Source of the DNA: Candidatus Kuenenia stuttgartensis
Lineage (GTDB): Bacteria > Planctomycetota > Brocadiia > Brocadiales > Brocadiaceae
Length of the DNA: 32,000 nucleotides
NCBI RefSeq assembly: GCF_900232105.1
Contig: NZ_LT934425.1
Coordinates: forward strand, 4,170,001-4,202,000
Reading direction: 5' to 3'
Under the pieces are notes generated by a model. The model had not been told where the DNA came from. It saw nothing but the letters and a program-made list of their open reading frames with translations, and made no database searches. Position numbers and translations under genes: made by a program. How positions within the stretch are numbered: position 1 is the stretch's first letter; every line of letters starts with the position of its first letter. This document shows, in pieces, positions 19,525 to 28,300 of the stretch.

Positions 19525-19763
19525 CAACGGTTTCAGGTTTACAACCGTTCGGCTGGGCTCACGACGAAGCCTGAACCTATCTGTAATTTATTTGTCATTT
19601 GTTCTGCTAATAGAAGGCTGGATTGAAAGTATAAAACATTTGGTTCAGGTTACAAACCTGATAATCATATAGAAGGCACCTCCGAGCGCACTCTTCATGG
19701 TAAAATGGAGGATACCGTGAAAGGCGATTGTTAAATAATAACAAAGTAAGGAGGGAGCGAGCA
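19525..19763 (+). ncRNA. Candidate IS110 bridge-RNA (bRNA) region upstream of the transposase
   Basis: Non-coding stretch before an IS110 transposase containing nested inverted pairings (TTCAGG...CCTGAA; TCAGGT-tacaa-ACCTGA). Position matches known IS110-group bridge RNAs. Not folded computationally. Confidence 0.4.
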
Positions 19764-20780
19764 ATGGGATATTTCGTAGGAATAGATTTACATGGTGATA
19801 ATAATTATATTGGAATACTCGATGAGGAGGATCGGAAGGTATTCAAGAGGAGAAACCGTAATGACATCAATGAAATAAAGCGCGTATTAGAGCCATACAA
19901 AAAAGAAATAAAGGGTATAGTAGTAGAATCGACCTTTAACTGGTACTGGATAGTGGATGGTCTGATGGAGGCAGGCTATCAGGTACACCTGGCAAATACA
20001 TCGGCAATGCAGCAGTATGAGGGATTAAAGTACATTGACGACACGAGGGATTCGTTTTGGTTGGCAAAGATGTTACGGTTAAAGATATTACCAGAGGGAT
20101 ATATTTATCCCAAAGAGACGCGGTCAGTGAGGGATTTACTGAGGAAGCGGATGATGTTGGTACAACAAAGGACAGCGCATATATTGAGTATGCAAACGAT
20201 GGTAAACCGTAACAAAGGAGTACCGATAAGCGGTGATACGATAAAGAAGCTGAGTAACGAAGAGGTAATGGGGATGTTCAGCGACGTGCATTTGACCATG
20301 TCAGCACAGTGCGATCACGAGGTAATAGAGGTATTAAATAAGCAGATATACAAGATAGAGAAAGCGGTATTAAAGGAGGTGAAGCTAAAGAAGCCGTATA
20401 AGAAATTGCTCAAGGTGCCAGGGATAGGCGAAATCCTGGCAATGACGATAATGCTGGAGACTGGGAACATAGAGCGATTTAGTGATGTGGGGATGTATTC
20501 ATCTTATTGCAGATGCGTATCGGCAAAAAAATTATCGAATGGTAAGAGCAAAGGGAAAGGAAACCGTAAGAACGGGAATAAATACCTTGCGTGGGCGTAT
20601 GTGGAGGCAGCGCATTTTCACGTAAGATTTTGCGAAAAGGGAAGGAAATGGCATCAGAGGAAGGCGTCAAAGAGCCATGTAGTTCTGGCAACGAAAGCCT
20701 TGAGCAATAAGCTGGCCAGGGCATGTTATTACATAATAAAGGAGCAAGTAAACTACGACGAGAAAAAAATGTTTGGGTAG
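19764..20780 (+). CDS. IS110-family (DEDD) transposase; ORF track start at 19728 is a TTG, likely start is ATG at 19764
   Basis: 'GYFVGIDLHGDNNYIGILDEEDRKV', 'VVESTFNWYWIVDGLMEAGYQVHLANTSAM', 'YIDDTRDSFWLAKMLRL', 'LLKVPGIGEILAMTIMLETGNIERF', 'SKGKGNRKNGNKYLAWAYVEAA'. Strong SD 'AAGGAGG' before 19764. Confidence 0.92.
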   Translation: MGYFVGIDLHGDNNYIGILDEEDRKVFKRRNRNDINEIKRVLEPYKKEIKGIVVESTFNWYWIVDGLMEAGYQVHLANTSAMQQYEGLKYIDDTRDSFWLAKMLRLKILPEGYIYPKETRSVRDLLRKRMMLVQQRTAHILSMQTMVNRNKGVPISGDTIKKLSNEEVMGMFSDVHLTMSAQCDHEVIEVLNKQIYKIEKAVLKEVKLKKPYKKLLKVPGIGEILAMTIMLETGNIERFSDVGMYSSYCRCVSAKKLSNGKSKGKGNRKNGNKYLAWAYVEAAHFHVRFCEKGRKWHQRKASKSHVVLATKALSNKLARACYYIIKEQVNYDEKKMFG

Positions 20781-20964
20781 CAAGCAGATTAGGTGGTGCA
20801 AGGAACCGGTTGCGGGTTAGGTAACCAATCCATGAAACCTGATTGGAAGTTGTTCCACCTTTTATTATGAGTTGTGCCGGTAAAGGAATCGGCGAAAAAG
20901 AATATTCCATTCTGATCTGCCCATACCATGAGCCGTGAGGTTTTGGCCGTAGAGCCGAATATTC

Positions 20965-21556
20965 TGTGAATAACGATTGGACACTGGTATGGAACCGATG
21001 GTTTTCTGGGACAGAAGATAAGTCAGGGGCGGTGAGAAAGTCTTTCACAAAGCCTTGATCCCGATGGGTGAATGGTGCGGATGAGAACGATACCAAAACA
21101 ATTGCGAAATACCACGGGCGTAGATAAACGTGAACGGTATAGTCATTTTCGTAAACAGCAGTAAGAGCGATTCCGTACTTGGAGGGGTATTCAAAACGTG
21201 AAAATGTAGATATTTTTGCGACCGGAGATATTTTGTCCTTGACAAAAGCCTTCTAATGAGTGTGAATAACGATTGGACACTGGTATGGAACCGATGGTTT
21301 TCTGGGACAGAAGATAAGTCAGGGGCGGTGAGAAAGTCTTTCACAAAGCCTTGATCCCGATGGGTGAATGGTGCGGATGAGAACGATACCAAAACAATTG
21401 CGAAATACCACGGGCGTAGATAAACGTGAACGGTATAGTCATTTTCGTAAACAGCAGTAAGAGCGATTCCGTACTTGGAGGGGTATTCAAAACGTGAAAA
21501 TGTAGATATTTTTGCGACCGGAGATATTTTGTCCTTGACAAAAGCCTTCTAATGAG
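20965..21556. repeat. Direct tandem duplication, 2 x 296 bp (20965-21260 and 21261-21556), apparently identical
   Basis: 'TGTGAATAACGATTGGACACTGGTATGGAACC...GACAAAAGCCTTCTAATGAG' occurs twice back to back. Track ORFs 21045..21392 and 21341..21607 share the same peptide because of it. Confidence 0.93.
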
Positions 21557-21924
21557 TGAACCCGCGAAAGTATCTATGCAGCGTAAACGACGCACGGCTC
21601 GTTCCAAAACCTTGTACTAAACATAGTGAAGTATCCAGTTTGGGAATGCTTATGGATAAGCCTCCTGGATTTTCTACGCAGACAATTCCACCCCCTTAAT
21701 CCCCCGCCAGCGGGGGACAGGCTTGCCACGTCTCTTGCAGCTTTCATGTCGGGGGCATTCCCGGTTTTTTGTGACTTCTGCCATGTCTTAATGAAATGTA
21801 CAGTAGTATCAACCCTGTCAGAGTTGTTTTACCTGTGTTACGTGTGTTCCGTGGTTCCGTTTGAAACCCTGGCCACATGAACGGTTACAAAAAATCGGGA
21901 ATGCTCCTATTTGTGTCTTGGTAG

Positions 21925-22911
21925 CTAAACAATTAAACCTGATAAAATTTCTGAAATTCTCTCCGGCTCTTCATACAAATCGCGTCCTGCAAGGAGTTCG
22001 TAACTATCTGACTGAGATACAAGCCGCTTAATGGCCTCTAAATGTACATTGACCGCCTGACGTTTAAAAAATAGCGATGAACTTTGCCTCATCAATCTTA
22101 TAAAAGCAGTTGTTTTATCTACGGGTATCAACATACTCTCAGGTTGAAGAACTATTTGGGTGTAAATCAATACCTTTGGAAAACAGCTTGGTTGAAATCG
22201 ACCGGGGTAGACCGATTCTACATCTAAAAATCGTTTTGTATGGTTTCCCATTGCTGATCCCTTAAGATGAGGATCTATTTCAGGGAATTGCCGGGACAAG
22301 GCAGGATCAAGATAAAAATGCTTCCGAAAGGCCAGGGATTCTATCCCGTCCGCAGATGATCTAAGAAAAAGGGCATCGTCTGAGACATAGTGCCAGCCCT
22401 GACTGACCAAACTAAGGGCAGTGCTGGATTTTCCGCTCCCTGACTCCCCTAAAAACAGATAGCCCATCCCATCCCTGACAAGCCCGGCAGCATGAAGGTC
22501 GTAGAAACCCCGGGAAGAAAGGAGATGGATAAGGCCGACAAGAAAGAAGTTATACTTCGATAAAGGAGGTTTTTCCTTAAAAGAGCGATGAAGGGTTACG
22601 AGCCCTGTTCCCGCTTGAAGTTGGAGCTGAAAAACGGATAATCCGTCGGTGAGGTAAACGTGACCATCTGCCTCGTAAATCGAAGAATCATAGCCGTTGA
22701 GTGGTTGTGATGCCGTATATGGGATATGCGAGGGGACATCTGTCGCTACGAATTTCAATTCAATGTGAGCAGGCTTACCGCCATTGTATATTTGAGTAAA
22801 GGGGAAGGAATAGAAGAACTGCTCAATTTCATATCCAATCCCTTCCCCTTTCCACTGAACCCCAACGGTTATTTCGTATAAAGAATAGAAATTAACCCCT
22901 GCTTCAGTCAT
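21925..22911 (-). CDS. HprK-like (HPr kinase-related) P-loop kinase, RiPP-cluster associated
   Basis: 'HAAGLVRDGMGYLFLGESGSGKSSTALSLVSQGWHYVSDDALFL' (Walker A plus HprK-like SDD), N- and C-terminal regions as in lasso-cluster kinases. Confidence 0.82.
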   Translation of the reverse strand: MTEAGVNFYSLYEITVGVQWKGEGIGYEIEQFFYSFPFTQIYNGGKPAHIELKFVATDVPSHIPYTASQPLNGYDSSIYEADGHVYLTDGLSVFQLQLQAGTGLVTLHRSFKEKPPLSKYNFFLVGLIHLLSSRGFYDLHAAGLVRDGMGYLFLGESGSGKSSTALSLVSQGWHYVSDDALFLRSSADGIESLAFRKHFYLDPALSRQFPEIDPHLKGSAMGNHTKRFLDVESVYPGRFQPSCFPKVLIYTQIVLQPESMLIPVDKTTAFIRLMRQSSSLFFKRQAVNVHLEAIKRLVSQSDSYELLAGRDLYEEPERISEILSGLIV

Positions 22912-23131
22912 CTCAACTTCTTATCCTCCCAACCTCTCATCTTCCTATCTTCCCATCCTCTTTTTTATGAGTTTACTTATTATAACTAAATAAAGGCCAA
23001 CAATATAATTTACCATAATAAGTTGCTTTTATTTATCCTGAGGGAAACGAAGGATCTTTCAGAGAAGACCCTTTGCGTTGTCATGGGTAAATGAAACCTT
23101 ACATTATGATAAAATATTTCTTTATTTTCAT

Positions 23132-23308
23132 TTACGGTGTAAAGGTACCAAATAGCCCATTGCCGGTAATTTTGGTTGCATCCCCGTGTTTCGTAAGCTT
23201 TGGTTCTACGAAGGTTAATTTGGGTTCTGCAAAAGGCTTCCTGGCGTGAGAATCACCTATCCCTGTAACTACCTGGCCTATGTGTCCTGCTGAAATTTTT
23301 TCTAACAT
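23132..23308 (-). CDS. 58-aa RiPP precursor-like peptide (lasso-type leader motif); not in the supplied ORF track
   Basis: Manual translation: MLEKISAGHIGQVVTGIGDSHARKPFAEPKLTFVEPKLTKHGDATKITGNGLFGTFTP*. SD AGGAG upstream ('gataggagaatgaaaaATG'); leader motif 'PKLTKHGD..KITG'; lies just upstream of the HprK-like gene on the same strand. Confidence 0.82.
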   Translation of the reverse strand: MLEKISAGHIGQVVTGIGDSHARKPFAEPKLTFVEPKLTKHGDATKITGNGLFGTFTP

Positions 23309-23404
23309 TTTTCATTCTCCTATCATTGTTTTTTGTGAAGAATAACCACAGGGTACGCAGGGTATTTCTCCGTGCACCCTTCTGTGTTCAAAACATATTT
23401 CTGA

Positions 23405-25330
23405 TTAAGGACGGAATCTGCCAAAGAATCTCTTACCCTTAGTCCTGGATTTTGTTTTCTTTAATTGCTTTTTGACTTGTGATGCATCTGCGCTCGTCAC
23501 TTCCTGATCCGTTTGTTCTTCCGTCTCAAACCCCAACACGTCCACAACAAAAACAAACGACTTGCTCTCCGTTAAGCAAATAATGAAAGTGACATCTACC
23601 GATTCTCCCGGGCTTAGTACACCATCCGCATAAGCATCTGCTGTCAATGGAATGGTCATTGTTGCCCCTTCTCCACCATCCCCTCCGTCTGCATTATGGA
23701 GTAGATTTCCATTTGTCAATGTTTTAACCAAAACCACAAGGCCTGTAAGGGGCGGACTGCTGCTCTTGTTTGTAAGTTTGGCACCAAAGCTAAATTTTCC
23801 AACAAATCCAGGTGGACAATCGGTGGTATCAGTAGTAATCACGTAAGTTGAACGATCCCTTACAAATCTAACAAAGTCATTAACAATCCCTGGGTACTCT
23901 ACTGCACCAATGTCGCATACAACACTACCATCGCCATTGCCATCTGTGCGAGGATTCCCAAGCTGGTCAGTTTGTGTATCAGGATAATCCTGATACACGT
24001 CATTGGCGCCTGCATCAATGGCAGGGCTGGTTGATAGCAGTGGGAAGTGGCCATTGCCAGGTGTCCCGTCATCGGTGAAGGCGCCCAAACCTGAGTCCCC
24101 TGTGAGGTCGCTTGGTTGAAGGATGATGTTGACGTGGCTACCAGTAGTATTGCCAATAAGATTATTGCCCAGTGATATGATATCACCGAAACAATCTTGC
24201 GCCGCCCCTTGTGACGCTGTATTTCCAGCAATGATGGTGTTTTGTATTTTTACGCTTGTGTTTCCTACGGGTGAAGCAATTCCGCCGCCGCCACGGCCAG
24301 CACTGTTTTCGCTGACGGTGCAGTTGATGAGCAAGCATTGTGCTAGAAAATTAACCCATATGCCACCACCATCGTGGTATGGTACAGTGTTATTAGCGAT
24401 TGTGCTGTTAATAATTGTCATCGTGCCGGTTCTGTGGTGTATTCCGCCCCCCTCGAAAACAGAATAATTACCACTAATATCGGTGTTATTTATCGTCAGG
24501 TTTCCAGAATGATTGATGATACCACCACCGCCGCCACCAGTGCCGCCATTGTCAGCATTGTCTTTGACTGTGCAACTGCTTAACGTTAAATCTCCATTGT
24601 TTCCGATTCCACCACCAGCACTAACAGTTCTTCCTATGCTCTGATTGCTGCTGATGGTGCTGTTGATGATTGTCATCGTTCCCAGGTTCCATATGCCACC
24701 ACAACTGGAATGGGCTATATTGTTGCTGATGATGCTACTGGTAATTATTGCCGTGCCTGCGTTATAGATGCCTCCAGCATCGTCACCGGCCATATTGTCG
24801 CTGACTGTGCTATTTTTTATTGTCAGTTTGCCGAGATTCCTGATACCACCGCCGTCATGTTCTGAATCCTCAGGAACTCGTTCAGTAGCAGTAGCACCTC
24901 TCATAACGGTTAGTCCATCTAACTCCAGAGTTCCTGTATCAGCAACATGAAAAATACGAAAAAAAGGTTCACTATCGCTACGTTCGATGATGGTGGTGTC
25001 AGCACCAGCACCTTTTATGGTGATATTGCTTCTGATAGAAGGTAAGCCCGTTGGTCCGTCGGTATGGGTGGTATCGTTATACACATCCGGCAGGGTATAG
25101 GTGTCAGCCGCCATGGTAATCGTATCGGTTCCCGGATGTTCAACTTCATTGTTAGCGTCATTGATTGCATTAATCAATTGTGAAACGTTACTGACAAGAA
25201 AATCAGTAGCATTAATGGTACGTGGCACAGATAGTGCGAAGACTGTGAATGAAATGAATAGCACCTGCGCATACCCCAAATAAGCAAAACTTCCATATCC
25301 CCTTTCCCTTTTGTTCCTTACCGTGTTCAT
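23405..25330 (-). CDS. Secreted right-handed parallel beta-helix (polymorphic/choice-of-anchor-like) protein with a C-terminal domain shared with the next gene
   Basis: Signal-like N-terminus; repeated 'GGGIxNxGxLTIxNSTxSxNxA' pectate-lyase-like rungs; 'FSTSPAIDAGAND...TDQLGNPRTDGNGDGSVVCDIGAVEYP'-type region; C-terminal 'DGVLSPGESVDVTFIICLTESKSFVFVVDVLG'. Confidence 0.88.
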   Translation of the reverse strand: MNTVRNKRERGYGSFAYLGYAQVLFISFTVFALSVPRTINATDFLVSNVSQLINAINDANNEVEHPGTDTITMAADTYTLPDVYNDTTHTDGPTGLPSIRSNITIKGAGADTTIIERSDSEPFFRIFHVADTGTLELDGLTVMRGATATERVPEDSEHDGGGIRNLGKLTIKNSTVSDNMAGDDAGGIYNAGTAIITSSIISNNIAHSSCGGIWNLGTMTIINSTISSNQSIGRTVSAGGGIGNNGDLTLSSCTVKDNADNGGTGGGGGGIINHSGNLTINNTDISGNYSVFEGGGIHHRTGTMTIINSTIANNTVPYHDGGGIWVNFLAQCLLINCTVSENSAGRGGGGIASPVGNTSVKIQNTIIAGNTASQGAAQDCFGDIISLGNNLIGNTTGSHVNIILQPSDLTGDSGLGAFTDDGTPGNGHFPLLSTSPAIDAGANDVYQDYPDTQTDQLGNPRTDGNGDGSVVCDIGAVEYPGIVNDFVRFVRDRSTYVITTDTTDCPPGFVGKFSFGAKLTNKSSSPPLTGLVVLVKTLTNGNLLHNADGGDGGEGATMTIPLTADAYADGVLSPGESVDVTFIICLTESKSFVFVVDVLGFETEEQTDQEVTSADASQVKKQLKKTKSRTKGKRFFGRFRP

Positions 25331-25390
25331 ATGCCGCTCCTTTTACGCTACGTGCGTTATGTGTAGTATGTGTTCAAAACATATTTCCAA

Positions 25391-28300
25391 TTAAGGATGG
25401 AATCTGCGAAAGAAACCTTTTCTCATAAGTCCTGATCCTTTCCCGAATTTTGCAAGACCTGGTTTAATGTCTGTTGATTGGAGTTCTGCAACTTGTAAAG
25501 AATCTGTTTGTCCTTCCTTAATCCCCAATACATCCACAACGAAACCAAACGACTTGCTCTCAGTTAAGCAAATAATGAAAGAGACATCTACCGATTCCCC
25601 CGGGCTTAGTACGCCATCGGCATAATCACCAATATTTGGAACAGTCAACCTTGCTCCCACCCCGCCTGGTACTCCATCGGCATTTTGCAATACGTTGTTA
25701 TTCGTTAATTCTACAACCTCCATCACGAGATCCGTAAGCGGAGGGTTATTTCTTTTGTTTTTCAGCGTTGCATCGAAACTAAACTGCCCCACAAACTCAT
25801 CCCCACAACCGGTTGTATCAGAAGTAGTCTGATATGTTGATCGTACAGGTTTAAAGGCAACAAGGTCATTAATAATTTCCGGGCTTGGCGCTGGTGCTTC
25901 TCCAAGGACAATGTCTCCCAGTGCCGATGTATCCAAATAATTATTTGCCGTTCCTATCCAGACAACCTGTCCTTCACGACCCGACCAATCGTCGTCATCA
26001 TTGTATCCCACACTAAAGCCAATGGTCATACCTGCCGTGGGGGTAATTCCCAGATTGCTCCATGGTATGGCCAGTTCTATACTATACCCGCCAGTAATTG
26101 TCGCCCAGGCATGCAATACGTCCGTTTTCTTACCATTTTTTTCAAAAAGTGTTTCATCATTCCATCCTTTAATGAACTGACGATCGTAACTATCGTATGT
26201 CGTACCGTGATTATGGTCGCCGTCAATATAGATCTCCACACTGTCATTTTCATGCACAGACGTTGAGTCATTATAGAGGGTATCATCCAGCACCTTAACA
26301 CCTACGTAGAGGTAGGTATTATCCCAGAGTACCCCGAACGTTGCGGTGTTGTTCGTAGTCCCAATGACCACATTACTCACATCGGTTGCAATGTCCCATG
26401 CCGATTCGTCTAAGTTTCCATCCACGGCTAGATTCAGGCTCACATAAGGCACGGTCACCGGATTTGCGGAAAGATTACTGTCAAACTTTGATACAAAGGC
26501 ATCAGTAGGACCGCCACTATAACCAGCAAGAGAAGGATCATATGCATCAGTGGTTGTTGGAAAGTCTGAAGACCAAGTCGCACCAGTCACATAGACATCT
26601 CCATTTGGGGCTATCGCTATAGACATGCAAAATTCACTGCTAGCTCCTCCAAGATATGTGGATGCAAGGAGGCTGGTTAAATCACTATTGAGCTTTGATA
26701 CAAAGGCATCTTCGTTACCAGTGAGGATGCCGTTAAACGAAGTATCATAGGCGCCTCGAGTTGTTGGAAAGTCTGATGATGAAGTACTGCCAGCCACATA
26801 GACATTTTCCCATGAGTCTATGGTTAGAGAATAGCAAAACTCACCGGAAGACCCTCCAAGATATGTTGATGCAAGGAGTTTTGTTAGATCACCGCTTAAC
26901 TTTGATACAAAAGCATTTGTCCAACCATCTTTAAAAGTATCATAAGCGCTAGCGGTTGTCGGAAAGTCTGCTGAGTTAGTCCAGCCAGCTACATATACAT
27001 TCCCCCCTGAATCTATAACAATAGAACGGCCATAATCCCAATTAGTCCCCCCTAAATACGTGGATGCAAGGATGCTGGCTAAATCACCGCTGAGTTTTGA
27101 TACAAAGGCATCTTCTCTATAAGTACTACCATTGTAAGAAGTATCATAGGCACCCGTAGTTGTTGGAAAGTTTGGTGATGAAGTACTGCCAGCTACATAG
27201 ATATTTCCCCCTGAGCCTATGGCAATATCCTGGATCACCCCTCCGTTCAGAGATTTGGAAGCAATGAGGTTTGTTAATGTATCATTTAGTTTCAACACAG
27301 CAGAACCACGAGCCACATAGATATTTCCCCCTGAGTCTATGGCTATCGAATCGCCTGAACCCCAGCCAGATCCCAAATATGTTGAAGCAAGGAGGTTGGT
27401 TAGATCATTACTGAGCCTTGCTAGAAAGGCACTACCGGAAGTATTATAAGCGCCCGGGGTGGTTGGAAAGTCCGATGACAAAGTTTCACCCGTCACATAT
27501 ACATTCCCGCTTGCATCGAGGGCGATAGCATTACCATAATCATCGTCAGAACCCCCCAGATACGTGGATACAAGGAGATTTGTTAAATCGCTACTTAGCT
27601 TCGATACAAAGGCATCATGACCACCATTAAAAGAAGTGTCATAAACACCCGAGGTTGTTGGAAAACCTGACGTACTAGTCGAACCTGCTACATATACATT
27701 CCCACTTGAGTCAATAGTTACAGAAGTACCGTAATCAAAGCCACCGGAAGACCCTCCTAGATATGTGGATGCAAGAAGGTTGGTCAAATCACCGTTGAGC
27801 TTCGATACAAAGACATCATAACCATCATTAAAAGAAGTATCATAAGCACCCGGAGTTGTTGGAAAGTCTGATGACCAGGCCGAACCAGTTAAATATATAT
27901 TCCCGTTTGAGTCTATGGCTATAGCGCTAATATATCCTCCACTATCTCCATATCCTCCACCCAAATATTTTGAAGCAAGGGGGCTGGTTAAATCACCAGT
28001 AAGCTTCAATACATTAGAACCACCCGTAATATATACATTCCCCTCTGAGTCTATGGCTATATCATTGCCAGCATCACTGGCAACCCATTCCAGATATGTG
28101 GATGAAAGGAGAGTGGTTAAATCACTATTGATCTTTGATACGAAGACATTAAAATCATAATAATCATCAAAATAAGTATCATAAGCACCTGGAGTTGTTG
28201 GAAAGTCTGTTGATCCTGTTGAACCAGTCACATAGATATTTCCCCCCGAATCTATGGCTATAGCATTACCAGAATCTTCGCCATCTCCTCCCAGATAGGT

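Noticed and set aside
20965-21556. CRISPR array or retron-like repeat
   Set aside because: Only two direct 296-bp copies with no spacers and no associated cas or RT genes. No CRISPR-like periodicity was found elsewhere in the window.
20479-21607. Minus-strand ORFs 20479..21096, 21045..21392 and 21341..21607 sharing 'DQGFVKDFLTAPDLSSVPENHRFHTSVQSLFT'
   Set aside because: The sharing comes only from the 296-bp tandem DNA duplication. One ORF runs antisense into the IS110 transposase and there is no recognisable domain. Considered and dropped as a repeat-protein or toxin family.
21626-21880. 84-aa plus-strand ORF MKYPVWECLWISLLDFLRRQ...
   Set aside because: Considered as a missing RiPP transporter or second precursor, but it reads through a CCACCCCCTTAAT/GC-rich intergenic repeat and has no leader-like motif or RBS.
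16235-23308. Calling the locus a classical lasso-peptide cluster
   Set aside because: No asparagine-synthetase-type cyclase is in the window, and the predicted core GNGLFGTFTP lacks a ring-forming Asp/Glu at position 7-9. Only the B2/PqqD/kinase/NTase tailoring set is lasso-like.
23652-24950. Multiple plus-strand ORFs within the beta-helix gene
   Set aside because: Antisense to a well-supported repetitive secreted protein; low-complexity translations.
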